Source: Haliotis rubra (taxonomy: Eukaryota). From it: 64,000 nucleotides of DNA. The notes below the pieces were generated by a model that had not been told where the DNA came from, made no database searches, and was given only the letters and a program-made list of their open reading frames with translations. The stretch spans positions 1,736,001-1,800,000 of the forward strand of contig NW_025767646.1 of assembly GCF_003918875.1 (NCBI RefSeq), in the 5' to 3' direction. Position numbers and translations under genes: made by a program. Positions within the stretch are counted from its first letter, which is position 1. Each line of letters begins with the position of its first letter. Below, piece by piece: positions 35,479-49,763 of this stretch.

Positions 35479-36302
35479 TTGTACACTGCACTGCAGCATC
35501 AAGAATACTACACAACAGAGCTCACTTCCAGACACACCAACAGGGAGATGGCACCCTCAAATAAATAAATATCAGCAAACATACACACATTGTTTTCATA
35601 CATAATCACAGTATATGTGGTTTCAAGAAACAAGCAATGGCTGGTGTAGTTTCAGAAATGTAGAAGAATCTCCCAATTTTTACATTGGATAACGTAATGT
35701 TGATTATGAAAATAACAACACTGTCATCTTTGTTCCAGTGTGAAGCATAGAGTCACTTGGATCAAGTGTAAAGCTGTGCTAGCAGGTTACATCATCATTG
35801 CCAAGGTCTACATTCCTCAAACGCAGCTGAGGAGTCTGTCTAAGTGCCATCTAAGAAGATATTTTTAGCTTTCCATGAATCCTTGGCATATCAAATGGAA
35901 CTATGAAACAAAGGTCTTCAGGAGACAAGACTAACATGAAAACTGAAAGCTGTGACTACAGACTGACAGTGATATGGCCATGGAGAGTAAGTACAGTGGT
36001 GCTGTACGTAGGATCATGGATGTACAGCTGCATCTCCATCAAGGAAGTACATGTGTTCATCCATTGCACCTGCAGATTGGTGGTGAATGGACTACAGGGT
36101 CCTGTGAGCGGTGATGACAAGCACCACTGCACTCACAAGATCCATTCACGCCGCTTCCTTGAGCTCTTCCCTCCCCACTTGTTATGACAGAGCTCTCGGC
36201 TATCCCATCTACTCAACCTTCAAATAGGCAGGTGTGTTAAACAATGTCTAATTATCCCCTGTAATGCAATTAATTGAACAATTATAACACGCAGCCACCT
36301 AC

Positions 36303-36329
36303 CTCTCGTTCTCGTAGCATCGCGGACAT
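36303..36329 (-). CDS. Candidate first coding exon of the DPP6/10-like gene (MSAMLRERE)
   Basis: ATG plus 8 codons, then a phase-0 GAG|GTAGGT donor matching the phase-0 acceptor at 30656; lies in a locally CpG-retaining unique segment. Confidence 0.55.
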
Positions 36330-37694
36330 AATCTTTCCGAAAATCAATAAACTTGTGTTGAATCGTTGTTCATATACAACCTGTGAGATCCAGAAGGAAA
36401 TACAATCTGTCAGACGGCTTAATCAATGAAGGGATTTTTCCGTGACTCTGTGTCCAGTCAGGGAACCTGGAGATCCCCAGGAGGCCGTACACCAACAAGG
36501 ACTAGCCTGGATGAAAACGCCTCTTGGCGTACACACGTCCAAGCTGTTCCAGTGCTCGGGTGGTGCCTGGTTGTGATGGAGGCAAGTCTTATTGACCTAT
36601 CTTATTGGGAGAGCTGCAGACCAGAAACCTGGCATGACTCTAGAATTTCCTTCCATATTTCATAAATATGAACAACAAAACGTAAAAAATTTAAACTTCA
36701 AAGGGAAGCAACTCCTTCAATGGCACAGCCAGATGACAGCGTGCATTATACAAAACATTACACAAGGTATGGGGACAGTTCCAGCATCTTTGGCTTCAGT
36801 ATAAATAATGCACTTATTCAACAGCAGCTCAATACACACTCAGTAATACAACGTGGAGCCAGAGCTCCAGGAGAATAATAAACCAATCCAATGGCAAAAA
36901 AGGGCTTCAAACAGGCACACTGTATATCCTTCAAGAAACTTAATCTTCACTGGTTTCTTGACATCACCCAGCTTATAAAACCTCTTGAGATATCTTCTGC
37001 TCACTTATTGCCATGTGATGGGCATTGTAGCTCTCAAACATGCATGAGAAGATGGTAAATGCCAACCCATAGGCTGACATAACAAAACATGCTCACACGA
37101 GGCTTGGCTATATTGGGATCGTCAATAAACAGTGCCTCTCTATCCGGGATCGGTGACCAGACTTGACCCTACCAATACACTATCAGCAGCAATATCTGAA
37201 CATAATTACAATGTGAGATGTGTTACAAGTTCAATAACATCAATCAATGAAGCAGACAGTGGGACACAAAAGAAGGAATCAGGGTAAATTGGAACCAGGT
37301 CCCAATGGATATATTGCAGTTTCCGGTGCCAAACTAAAAAGCATCAATTTCTGATTAACCAATTAAATGACAGACAAAAGTATATGACCAAGACAACAAT
37401 AACCAATGTGCTTGTTGTGACCTGTTTGTAGGTGTATCAGCACCATATCCAACCTCTGGGGGTTTACCAAAGTGGTTAACATCTGGCACCGGAATCATTT
37501 CAGGCTTGTAGCTTATTGTTAATGTTTTCTAAAAGACCAAGAAGCATCACAATGAAACCATTATATCATATTGTTACTATTAACACACTGGAACCTTTAC
37601 ACCTTCTTGGAACAATCAGATCAGAATGAAACCATTATAAGACACCAGAACCATACCATATTGCAATGGAATAAGTATATTAAACAGATGATAC

Positions 37695-38648
37695 ACCACA
37701 TTTGAACCAATGTAGAACACTGAAAATATCATATCACATTTAAACCAATGTATAACACTGAAAATATCATATCACCTTTGAACCAATGTAGAACATTGAA
37801 AATATCATATCACCTTTGAACCAATGTAGAACACTGAAAATATCATATCACATTTGAACCAATGTAGAACACTGAAAATATCATATCACCTTTGAACCAA
37901 TGTAGAACACTGAAAATATCATATCACATTGGAACTAATGTAGAACACTGAAAATATCATATCAAATTTGAACCAATGTAGAACACTGAAAATATCATAC
38001 CACCTTTGAACCAATGTAGAACACTGAAAATATCATATCACATTGGAACCAATGTATAACACTGAAAATATCATATCACATTGGAACCAATGTAGAACAC
38101 TGAAAATATCATACCACCTTTAGAACACTGAAAATATCATATCACCTTTGAACCAATGTAGAACACTGAAAATATCATATCACATTTGAACCAATGTATA
38201 ACACTGAAAATATCATATCACATTTGAACCAATGTAGAACACTGAAAATATCATATCACCTTTGAACCAATGTAGAACACTGAAATATCATATCACATTG
38301 GAACCAATGTATAACACTGAAAATTGGAATTGGAACCAATGTATAACACTGAAAATATCATATCACATTGGAACCAATGTAGAACACTGAAAATATCATA
38401 TCACATTGGAACCAATGTATAACACTGAAAATATCATACCACCTTTGAACCAATGTAGAACACTGAAAATATCATATCACATTGGAACCAATGTATAACA
38501 CTGAAAATATCATATCACATTGGAACAAATGTATAACACTGAAAATATCATATCACATTGGAACAAATGTATAACACTGAAAATATCATATCACCTTGGA
38601 ACCAATGTAGAACACTGAAAATATCATATCACCTTGGAACCAATGCCT
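37695..38648. repeat. 38-bp minisatellite, about 25 units
   Basis: Unit TTTGAACCAATGTAGAACACTGAAAATATCATATCACA. Confidence 0.96.
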
Positions 38649-39629
38649 TACACTGCTGTATCACCTGACTGAAACAGTTATATCACATTGTGACCACATG
38701 ACACCCAATACTGTCAGCAACAAATGAATGACTTTATCAAACAAAGTGGTATTCAAATTCAATATATAAAAGCTGGATCAGCATTGTCTCAATGCTGGAA
38801 ATCATACAACACATTATTCAACTTCCAGCAGAATTCTGTGACAAGGATCAATATATTGAGGTCAGTCAGCTGGATGTCCAGATGTTCCTGCTGTATTTTC
38901 CTGATTAATAAATAATGGCTGCTGGAGTCAAATGCTGTTTTAAAGTCTTTATTGCCTATGTTTCTGTCAGTGTTAAACATTTATGCATCACTGTATTGGT
39001 ATATGAGCTTGTCGTTCAGTAAGAAATCAATTTAATTGATGATATCACCATATTTAAATATCAGTATGTAAACAGTCTACATCGTCCGAGGTCATTGTAC
39101 TTAACTGAAGATATCATTGTAGGTTGATATCGGCACATAACACCAGAAGGGTGCATTTTGTCAGCTGTTTCAATCGGGTGTTGTTCTTTGCAACAACCAC
39201 AACAAGTGCAGTATGCTCAGGTCAGACGATTCTATTTTGAACAACAGCGGAGTGAGCCTTGTTGTGGTTGCGCATTCTCGCTAAAGCACATTGTAACCAT
39301 GACCCGCAAGGTGTAAGTCCATTGGCATCACCATCTGTGGGTGACATAAACTTCAGGCCAACCTAGTCTTCACTGAATATATCATCTGAGGATATTATCT
39401 GTGTGTTACCTGAAGATATCATCAGAAGTTTTTATCTGCACATTACCTTCAGATATCATCTGAGGCTATTATCTGTACATTAACATTGATGTTTTGAGGG
39501 TATTTCAGAACTCACAGAGTCCAGGCTAATGAAGTGTCACTGCATTTATTGCCACAAAAAAAACCAAGTGGTTCCATAAAAAGTTCACCAACAAAAATAT
39601 CAGCTCATGACTGTACAAATACATCCATT

Positions 39630-40455
39630 AAAGATATCAACAGATGTACAGAGTACAAGAACTATTGATATCAGCAGATGTACTAAGAACAGCGACTATT
39701 GATATCAGCAGATGTACTAAGAACAGCAACTATTGATATCAGCAGATGTACTAAGTACACTGACTATTGATATCAGCATATGTACTAAGTACACCGACTA
39801 TTGATATCAGCAGATGTACTAAGTACACTGACTATTGATATCAGCAGATGTTCTAAGTACACTGACTATTGATATCAGCAGATGTACTAAGTACACTGAC
39901 TATTGATATCAGCAGATGTACTAAGAACACCAACTATTGATATCAACAGATGTACTAAGTACATCAACTATTCATTTCAACAGATGTACTAAGAACACCA
40001 ACTATTGATATCAGCAGATGTACTACGTACATCAGCTATCGATATCAACAGATGTACTATGTACATCAGCTATTGATATCAACAGATGTACTAAGTACAT
40101 CAGCTATTCATATCAGCAGATGTACTAAGTACATCAACTATTCATTTCAACAGATGTACTAAGAACACCAACTATTGATATCAGCAGATCAGCAGACTAC
40201 AAGCTATCGATATCAACAGATGTACTACATACATAAACTATTGATATCAACAGATGTACTAAGTACATCAACTATTCATTTCAACAGATGTACTAAGAAC
40301 ACCAACTATTGATATCAGCAGATGTACTACGTACATCAGCTATCGATATCAACAGATGTACTATGTACATCAGCTATTGATATCAACAGATGTACTAAGT
40401 ACATCAGCTATTCATATCAGCAGATGTACTAAGTACACAATTATTTGATATCAAC
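39630..40455. repeat. 34-bp minisatellite, about 24 units
   Basis: Unit ACTATTGATATCAGCAGATGTACTAAGTACACTG. Confidence 0.96.
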
Positions 40456-40629
40456 TCATGACAACTCTCATGTATACCATTCCAGAGATCATTCCTTACA
40501 GGAATAAGTGGCAACATTTGAACATATTATGAACAAAAAGAACAACCCATATCACTATATCAACATGGCGATAACCTTCATTTTGACAAGTCCCTTACAG
40601 TTCAAAGATTTTGTTATGATAACAATACT

Positions 40630-41275
40630 AAACATAAAACAGGTAACTCAAACAGGTAACATAAACACATAACACAACAGTTAACTCAAACAGGTAACCT
40701 AAACACATAACACAACAGGTAACTCAAACAGGTAACATAAACACATAACACAACAGGTAACTCAAACAGGTAACATAAACACATAACACAACAGGTAACT
40801 CAAACAGGTAACATAAACACATAACACAACAGGTAACTCAAACAGGTAACATAAACACATAACACAACAGGTAACTCAAACAGGTAACATAAACACATAA
40901 CACAACAGGTAACTCAAACAGGTAACATAAACACATAACACAACAGGTAACTCAAACAGGTAACATAAACACATAACACAACAGGTAACTCAAACAGGTA
41001 ACATAAACACATAACACAACAGGTAACTCAAACAGGTAACATAAACACATAACACAACAGGTAACTCAAACAGGTAACATAAACACATAACACAACAGGT
41101 AACTCAAACAGGTAACATAAACACATAACACAACAGGTAACTCAAACAGGTAACATAAACACAAAACACAACAGGTAACTCAAACAGGTAACATAAACAC
41201 ATAACACAACAGGTAACATAAACACATAACACAACAGGTAACAGAAACACATAACACAACAGGTAACAGAAACAA
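40630..41275. repeat. 38-bp minisatellite, about 16 nearly identical units
   Basis: Unit ACAGGTAACTCAAACAGGTAACATAAACACATAACACA. Confidence 0.97.
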
Positions 41276-42254
41276 ACAGCTGCCGACAAAAGTCATCGAA
41301 CCTAAATGCTCAAACACTTACTCTCAAACACCCCCCCTCTCTCAGAAATGTTCAACACATTTAACAAAAGTAAAATGTTCAGTATATTGACATTACATAA
41401 GATTTAAAGTAAGCGTACACTGACATCAGTTTCATTGTTCAAGTTCATTAGCCTCAAATATTAATTAACCTGAGCCCCCTCACCCCTAGTTTACTGCTGA
41501 CAGTAATGACTGTGCAAGTTAATGTTCACTGAGGTTCATTAACCAACACAAGCGGTTTCAGGGACGACCAAGCACACCTCTCCATCCAGTGCATACCTTA
41601 ATTATAGATGCTCTATCTAATGGACAGGTGTAAATCCCACTAATGCAGACCTGACCAGTGGTTAAGTCACGTAATTACCATTATGCTGCGTGCTAACTGT
41701 AATAATTACTTTGATGACAGTTATTATGGAGAGAACATATGGTATATGCATGGGAACTTATGCAATAGCATTCATTTCTGTAAAAAGTGCTACATTATTT
41801 GTATGGGTGTGAAGTATTTACCACTCAAAGGGTGCTAAATACATCTTGCTACATTAACTTCAGGCCACCGATCAAATAGAAATTACAGAATACCATTTTC
41901 TTCCTTATTACAAAGTTAATCTGTCATGATTATACTGGAATGAAGAACACCAGATAATTTCACTTTACTATAGTAAAGCTCTCAAGATTTTAAACTTCTA
42001 TGATCAGTATTGTTACCTATCTGACACCTTCTGATATGTAAACATATTGCCTTTACAAAAGAATAGATTTGACATGATGTGTCTACATAGTGCAATGCAC
42101 TTTGAACATTTTAACTATTGATTGTCATTAGAACACATAATTTTCTTGATGTTCATTAGGACTTGTGTGCAAATGAACATCTGTTGTCGTGTTTGTAAAC
42201 TAAGACTGACTATGAGTGATCTTTATGTTCATTCAAACGCCCAGAGAATGTGAT

Positions 42255-42650
42255 GTTCTCAGAACACCCAGAACTCTCAATGTTCATTATAGATCCAAGA
42301 TCTCCAACTGTTCTTAGAACACCCAGAACTCTCAATGTTCATTATAGATCCAAGATCTCTAAATGTTCTTAGAACACCCAGAACTCTCAATGTTCATTAT
42401 AGATCCAAGATCTCCAACTGTTCTTAGAACACCCAGAACTCTCAATGTTCATTATAGATCCAAGATCTCCAACTGTTCTTAGAACACCCAGAACTCTCAA
42501 TGTTCATTATAGATCCAAGATCTCTAAATGTTCTTAGAACACCCAGAACTCTCAATGTTCATTATAGATCCAAGATCTCCAACTGTTCTTAGAACACCCA
42601 GAACTCTCAATGTTCATTATAGATCCAAGATCTCTAAATGTTCTTCAAAC
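42255..42650. repeat. 55-bp minisatellite, about 7 units
   Basis: Unit AGAACACCCAGAACTCTCAATGTTCATTATAGATCCAAGATCTCCAACTGTTCTT. Confidence 0.95.
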
Positions 42651-42749
42651 ACCAGATTCTTGAACTCTTGATGTTCATTGGAAAACCCAGAACTGTTGAT
42701 GTTATTGGAACAGCCATCTTTTGATGTCCATTAGATGTCATCTTTAACC

Positions 42750-42920
42750 AACTGACTGACTGACTGAGTTTAGTTTTACGCCGCTTTTAGCAATATTCCA
42801 GCAATATCACGGCGGGGGACACCAGAAATGGGCTTAACACATCGTGCCCATGTGGGGAATCGAACCCGGGCCTTCGGCGTGACAAGCCAACGCTTTAACC
42901 ACTAGGCTACCCCACCCCCC
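42750..42920 (-). mobile_element. SINE family A, (CAGT)n-tail subtype
   Basis: Near-consensus; TSD TTTAACCAACTGAC. Confidence 0.93.
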
Positions 42921-45638
42921 TTTAACCAACTGACCAAGCATGTACAGTATATATGTTTACACATTGGGGCAAACTCAATAGGGGAAAAGCTGAAAATGAT
43001 GCTGAACAAAGAACAATTCTTGCAGCTCTGTACAGAGAAAAATACAAGAAATCCCTGCCATATGTAAACACAAGCTACATATGGAAAGAACTGGTAGAAG
43101 TATAGTCTATATCAATCCCAATACAAGTAAACACCTCTTGTCAAGATAGGCTCCACGCTCCCACCAAAGAGGTAGCTGGAGGCAAGGCTTAAAAATTGTG
43201 TACTTTAAAGCTTTATCCAGTATAAACCAGAACTTATTCAGAACTCTCTTCAATAGATGTTAAAACTGTTATTTCCATTCTGCATAAGCACTGACTGTAT
43301 AAACATAAAGGTACCCTTCGGATTCATGCAATGTTTTGAAATGATGGTGCTTAAAATGGCTGCGTATTTACTTGACAATAAACTTACATCAATTCCATGT
43401 TAAGATAACAAGGAAAGCAAAAACAGACAGCACACTTAGCTAGGAATACACTTGCTTAGGCATTTTTATGCAGTTAAACAAACGTCGGCTAATAGTTGTA
43501 AATAATTTATACACCCATTATAAACATATGGATCCAGAGGATCAATGCTGGGTCATGAAAATAACTTGGTTACTTATTTAAAACTTACTTCAAAGGACAG
43601 ATCCTCCTCCATCATCCAAACCAATAAGACTTTCCAAAGAACAGCTACACCATCAAGGTGTGTACTTGTTAATCCCTGGTATGCTTCACAAGGTATTCTG
43701 CAATGTCCTCCTCAACATAGTCCATAAGAACAAGTGAAGGTAACCTCACCCAGATCAACAACCCCACAAGCCTCCAATTATCACAGACTTTGACCCCTGT
43801 GGCTCTGAAATTCCTTATATCAGGATCTTATCTACCCATATCCCGGCTGCCAGTGGAACACGGCTGCCAAAACAGAGTTATTATATGGCATTAGTTCGCA
43901 ACATGACCATTATTCCAACTTTCAAGCGTTTGCCTTACCAATCTACATGGGTGTCCTGGTATCTAATACAGTATGCCAAATGAGTCTCATTGACTGAGTG
44001 CCAAGTTCTGGCTATATATAAACATATATCTTTACCCTCACTTTTGGAAATTGTGATTAGAAGAGGCTCCATGGATTCAAAGCAGGACTGAAAATGTCCC
44101 ACAACTACCAGTACTGTTGTTTTAATGCCAAAGATGTACTGTTATTGTAATCAAGTAAAAGTTAAGGAATGGATGCAAATGTCCAAATTCTATCTTTCTT
44201 CATGAGCAAAACTGACTTCTTAAAATGTCAGTTTTAGTTGGTTACAGCTTGAGTACATTGTAACCACCTGGGTAAAGAGCAGTGTGCAAAATAGCTATTG
44301 GCCTGCTAGCCCATGGCTAGTAAAAATCCAGTCTGGCCAGTAAATCTCCACAGTCACTGGCCCGACTGACTGGTGAATTTTCATGGGGTCATTTGTTTTT
44401 TTATGGTATTTTACCTTTTTACAGTCTTTTGTTTAGTTTCAACATTCAAGTTTGGGCTAGTGAATTATTTTCTGGGCTAGTAAATTTAAGGCATAGCTAG
44501 CCTGACTGGCCAGCAAAGTTTGGAAACTATTCCAAACAACAATTCACATTGTTGTTGTTACCGTAGACTAATGCTACTGTACTTACTGTAGACTAATGCT
44601 AGTCTCTGAATATACATAATTGTATAGTAACAGAAAATACCATTAAAACTGAACAGGAGCCCCAGTGAGTTTGGAGATTCAGAACCTGAGGGAATCTGGA
44701 CCTGCTTCACTTAGAGCTGTAACACATGCAGAAATTGCCAGGCGGAAGGGAAAATAATGTGGTTCTGGGACTGTGAGACAGACTATTCTTAGTGTAATGA
44801 CCTTGCAACTGAGACCAAAACAAGCACATATCTGTATCAGAATCCAGCAGTACCAATCCTGGTATCCTTGTTCCTAAAAACATGGAATTGTCTTGGGATA
44901 ATATTAGATGGTAGAATGATACTGTGTGGGTCCTGATCCACACATTTATAGCTGAATTGCAAAATGCCAGACAGGTTTTATGTAATACTGATGCCTTAAA
45001 CACAGCAAATCTTGAAGCTTTCTTGAAGTGTGTATGTACAATGATGTCTGTACTATATATCATTTGAAAAGAAACTGTTCATTATCATCATCAGTGCACA
45101 AAAATGTTTGATTTATTTGCTATACCGCCTGTGTCCTAAACAGCTGATGAATGTGTTTACTTGTGCTGTAAATGCATTGTATTCAAAGGAAATACGTTAT
45201 TTTAGCTAGTACCGATGCTAAAACTTGTTTACAATTTGCTCTTCCATTGTAGGAGACCCAAGGGAGTAAGCCAAACCTATTACACATCTAAGTTCCTACC
45301 CAAACTAGCCCTCACTAATTTCAGCCTATCAGGTTCCACAATTGTAATTCTTTATGGGAGCAACTCTGTAACTAAATTCCCTCCTAAATTGAAAATGACA
45401 CTTTAACATGAACTGCCTGCCATTAGAGTTCCAGCACAGGTAGTAGAGCACTGGAGGGACCGGCATCATTGACAGGCAGACGGACACTTTGATGACAAAT
45501 GAAATCTAGGGTGTAACTATTTACACACTTCTTGGATGGCAGACAGAAGTTGAAATTGCTTCTTCTTTACAACTTGACAGTCTGAAAAAGTCTTAAATAA
45601 GTACTGGAATCGATGGAAAACATCACTATACCATAGAA

Positions 45639-45810
45639 GAGTGAGTGAGTGAGTGTGTTTAGTTTTACGCCGCTTTTGGTAATATTCCAGCAATATCACG
45701 GCGGGGGACACCAGAAATGAGCTTCAAACATTGTGCCCATGTGAGGAATAGAACCCGGGTCTTTGGCATGATGAGTGAACCCTTTAACCACTAGGCTACC
45801 ACACCGCCCC
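45639..45810 (-). mobile_element. SINE family A
   Basis: Consensus match. Confidence 0.88.
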
Positions 45811-45819
45811 AAAAGAAGA

Positions 45820-46040
45820 GTGGGGAAGATGGGTTGCATACCACTTTGAATTTTATTCCAGTTATATCAAGGCATGTCTGCTTAATGTGGGTGGAAAGCC
45901 AAATATGCATATCTTTGATGACATCACTCTGATGAAATCCACCAGCAGGAATGCGGTGCTGACAAACCTAGAAACAAGGGACAAACTGGGATTCAAACCC
46001 ATAAGCATGGGGTTCTGGTGCACCAAAGGGACACAATGTC
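45820..46040 (-). repeat. Old dispersed repeat family E (SINE-like); also at about 49868-49990 and 58598-58810
   Basis: Shared TGCTGACAAACCTAGAAACA...GG(A)ATT(C/T)(A/G)AACCC...CTGG...CAAGGG in three places; B-box-like motif on the minus strand. Confidence 0.6.
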
Positions 46041-46112
46041 TAGATGACTGGCCAATCTGTAGCTAAATTAAGCTTTCAGAACATAAACAGTTTAAAGATG
46101 AGTGCAATGATG

Positions 46113-46349
46113 AGAGCAATATTCCAGCTATATGGCGGCGGTCTGTAAATAATCGAGTCTGGACCAGACAATCCAGTGATCAACAGCATGAGCATCAATC
46201 TGCGCAACAGGGAACTGATGACATGTGTCAACCAAGTCAGCGAGCCTGACAACCCGATTCCATTAGTTGCCTCTTACGACAAGCATAGTCGCCTTTTGTG
46301 GCAAGCATGGGTTGCTGAAGACCTATTCTACCCCGGATCTTCACGGGTC
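46113..46349 (-). mobile_element. Retroposon family B with an internal duplication of the ATGCTTG...GGCGACT unit
   Basis: Reverse complement reads GACCCGTGAAGATCCGGGGTAGAATAGGTCTTCAGCAACCCATGCTTGCCACAAAAGGCGACTATGCTTGTCGTAAGAGG. Confidence 0.88.
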
Positions 46350-48218
46350 AAAGATGAGAGGTGGTTTACAGAAAGCATTACTATTCATAACCAATGTACA
46401 CTGGACAACATTTGAAAGGCCCCATGATAGAGGACCAATACAAGTCTCATTATCTCATACAGCTGATCAGTTTGACTACATCACTCTGATGAACAACACC
46501 GCCTGGCATTTGTAACCTATCTTCAGAATTATGTACTGTGGAATGTCTGCAGTGGAATCAGGAAAGGTGGTAGCATGGCTCAGTGGGCAAAATGAATTTT
46601 CTGCATAAGTAGTGAGATTAAATTGCAAATATAATTTTTAGAAACCATTCTGATTACAATACCACTAGGCTGCCTAAATACTGTTTTGCTACACAAGTAA
46701 TTTATGAAACAATATCCTGTTTGATGAAAGGTGTTGAACTATAATTGAAATTGAAATTTCAAGGAACCTAATTCCACTATGATCTATGATTTCAAAAACC
46801 TTCCTGATAATTTCATCGACTAACACTTATTGTATGAGGAAATGGATTTTTCAAGTGTAAACAAGATTTAAAAAATATATATAAAATTATTTAACTATGA
46901 TACACATGAATTCTTCAGTAATGGCGTTGGACTAATCCTCCCAGAACTATTTTCTTTATATGACTATCAATAATATCAACGATTCTGACATAAAATCTAA
47001 TGTCCACTACTCTATGATGCAAGTATTCAATGAAATCAAAAGACTATATATAAAGCTATACAGCAATTTCAGCATGTCATATTGATTCATTTCAGTGTCC
47101 TAGAGCTGCTTGGTAGAGCCAGTGCTGCTGCAACAATGGCTGAGAGATGTACAGGAGCAGATGCTTAGTACTGTATATACAGTGGAGGTAGCGAAGGTCT
47201 GATTCCATACATGATCCAACAGACTGCTGCAGTGAACACACACATGAGTCACTGCCGACTACCTGAATAAACGAGCACTTGCTTGTGTAAATACCCACAC
47301 AGCCAGCCTGTCTCACAGTCCCCAAACAATATTATTTCTCCTTCTGTCCAACCCTGTCTGCAATGCAAAAGCCTTGAAAGAAGCAAGTCTAGATTTTCCT
47401 CAGATTCAGGAATGTCCCATCTCTCTTTGGCTCTTTTTCAGTTTTGATTGAGTTTTATGTTTCCATTAAAAATTTAAAAAATCAGAGACTAAGAGTTTGT
47501 CTGCCACTCATAAGTAGACATTCTGCCTGTAGATGTACACAGAGTGGGAGGTGGGGATCCACATGCCGCTACCATTATACAGAGGGAAGTGCACACGGGC
47601 ACAGATTGCTTCAGCGCCACAGGCCTGAGTACTTGGCACCACCAATATACAATGGAAACTGTATGGATGCAGCTTGGTGTTTTTTTATACTCCAGTTTCG
47701 ATGTACCAATGGAATCTGTAAAGCTACTGTTCATCCAATCACAGGTGGTGGAGTGGTAAAGCATTTAGCCAGATATGGTTTGAATCCCGCAGTGAACAAC
47801 AAATTGTTCAAGAAACATCATTTTGATGAGCTTGTGAGGAAACAGACTCTCCATATAAAAGAGTTCAGGTTTTGTTTTTAAATTGATGCCAACAGTTTTT
47901 TGTCCCTCATGAACTTTAGGAACCAATAAAACACAAGGATGAAACAGTCATTTACTGAGAAAAAAAATCCATATGATTGTATGCTACTTTAACAGAATGA
48001 TGTATTATAGGTTCCTGAAATCATTATAACCTCACAAGAGCTCAATAAAGGTCACAGTGTAAGCCCAAGAATTCCCCTGACAACTCCTTAACATTTGCGA
48101 CATTTTTCTTTGTTGTAATCAGCAGAATCTCTCCACTTGCACAGAGCAGACATAATTCAAAATTAACATACTGCCCTTTGTTTCAATAAACTAATAAAAG
48201 TGCTACAGTGTCACTGGG

Positions 48219-48386
48219 GAGTGAGTGAATATGGTTTATACACTCAGATTTTAGCAATATTTCAGCAATATCACAGCGGGGGACACCAGAAATGGGCTTC
48301 ACACATTGTACCCAGGTACGGAATCGAACCCGGATCTTTGTCATGACGAGTGAACGCTTTAACCAAGAGGCTACACCACCACCCCC
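48219..48386 (-). mobile_element. SINE family A
   Basis: TSD GTGTCACTGG. Confidence 0.88.
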
Positions 48387-49520
48387 TGTGTCACTGGATT
48401 GTTTGGTCCACCAATTGACTTCTGATTTTGTTTACTTTTGATCCTTGCTTGAAATATGCATGCATGTCAGGCATTGAAATGTACCCTCTCTGCATGTGTG
48501 AGTGGCAGGGTACTTTGTCCAACTGGACATGTTTACCCTTCACAAACACCTGGTGTCATCACTGACTGCTAGCGATGCATTCATATAGATGTCATGGCTG
48601 TTTTACCTTTAATGCCCACTTAGGTCTGGTTTGTGGGATAATAAAGGATTGTTTTTCATGGTTTGTGCATTTATCAAACAATAGCAGTGACAAATTGTAT
48701 AAAATCGCGATTGTTCTCTCCCTTTGATGTTATACATTTTGTATGAATTTGTCAGGCAGTAAATATTTTCTAGACATTTCTCTGGAGTCATTTGACAGTC
48801 TGTTGAAGGTGACATTCCATACCCCACTGAATGATGGAAGCGTCACATTTCGCTGATAATTATGTGTCTATTTTGCCTTCTTCGTTGGTCCTGTGACCAG
48901 AAGCTGTCCATTAGAGCCGAAGTATAGATGTCCCTCCAGCTATGATGGCCAATAATTATAGACGAGAAAAAGTTGGCACGGAAATTGTCTGCAGGGTTCT
49001 CCGACTAACGATAACATCCAATGATCAAAGTAACATGTAACTGTCCATTTCAGGTATAGATGACCTTCACTTTCACAGTTCTGGAAATGTTTCTGATCTT
49101 TGATAACAATTAAACTTGATCTGTATTTGAAAGAGAACAGTGTGAAAGTATTGTGTATCATGACAATTATACCCTTATCAAATTCTAAACAGAATTACAG
49201 AGTATGCATCCATTATTTTTCACGCACAATTTTTTTATTGAGGTCAGTTCCAAATAAGTTTGATGCCTCCAAATCTTAACACTGGTGATGCCACTGTCAA
49301 TATGAAATATGAAACTTATGCTTATTAAGTAATTAAATCTCAATAAACAACTTGTGAATAAACAACTTTCAAGTAAGCAACTTTGGTTAAAAGCTGCATT
49401 TAACAGTATTAGTTATATGTCAGTTTAATGTTTGAGGAAGCCTGCTGATGCAGGTCTCACATGTTTACCACTTTTGTGAAACACGTAGGCACTGGTACAG
49501 AATAAATTAGAAGTAAATCT

Positions 49521-49763
49521 TGAGTGAGTGAGTTTAGTTTTACGCCTCACTCAGCAATATTCCAGCTATATGGCAGCGGTCTGTAAATAATCAAGTCTGG
49601 ACCAGACAATCCAGTGATCGACAGCATGAGCATCGATCTACGCTATTGGGATACAATGACAACCAAGTCACCTGACCACCTGATCCCGTTAGTCGCCTCT
49701 TACGACAAGCATGGGTTACTGAAAATCAATTCTAACTCAAGTCTAACTCGGATCTTCAGGGGT
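49521..49763 (-). mobile_element. Retroposon family B, full length
   Basis: TSD AGTAAATCTT. Confidence 0.9.

Noticed and set aside
47444-47881. 145-aa ORF and overlapping ORFs (also 55286-55801, 55997-56362, 50471-50842)
   Set aside because: No recognisable domain or exon chain, often non-ATG starts, and partly overlapping repeats.
48606-48827. Alternative first exon ending at AAG|GTAAAA
   Set aside because: The phase-0 frame has a stop and no ATG upstream, and the listed ORF stops before the donor.
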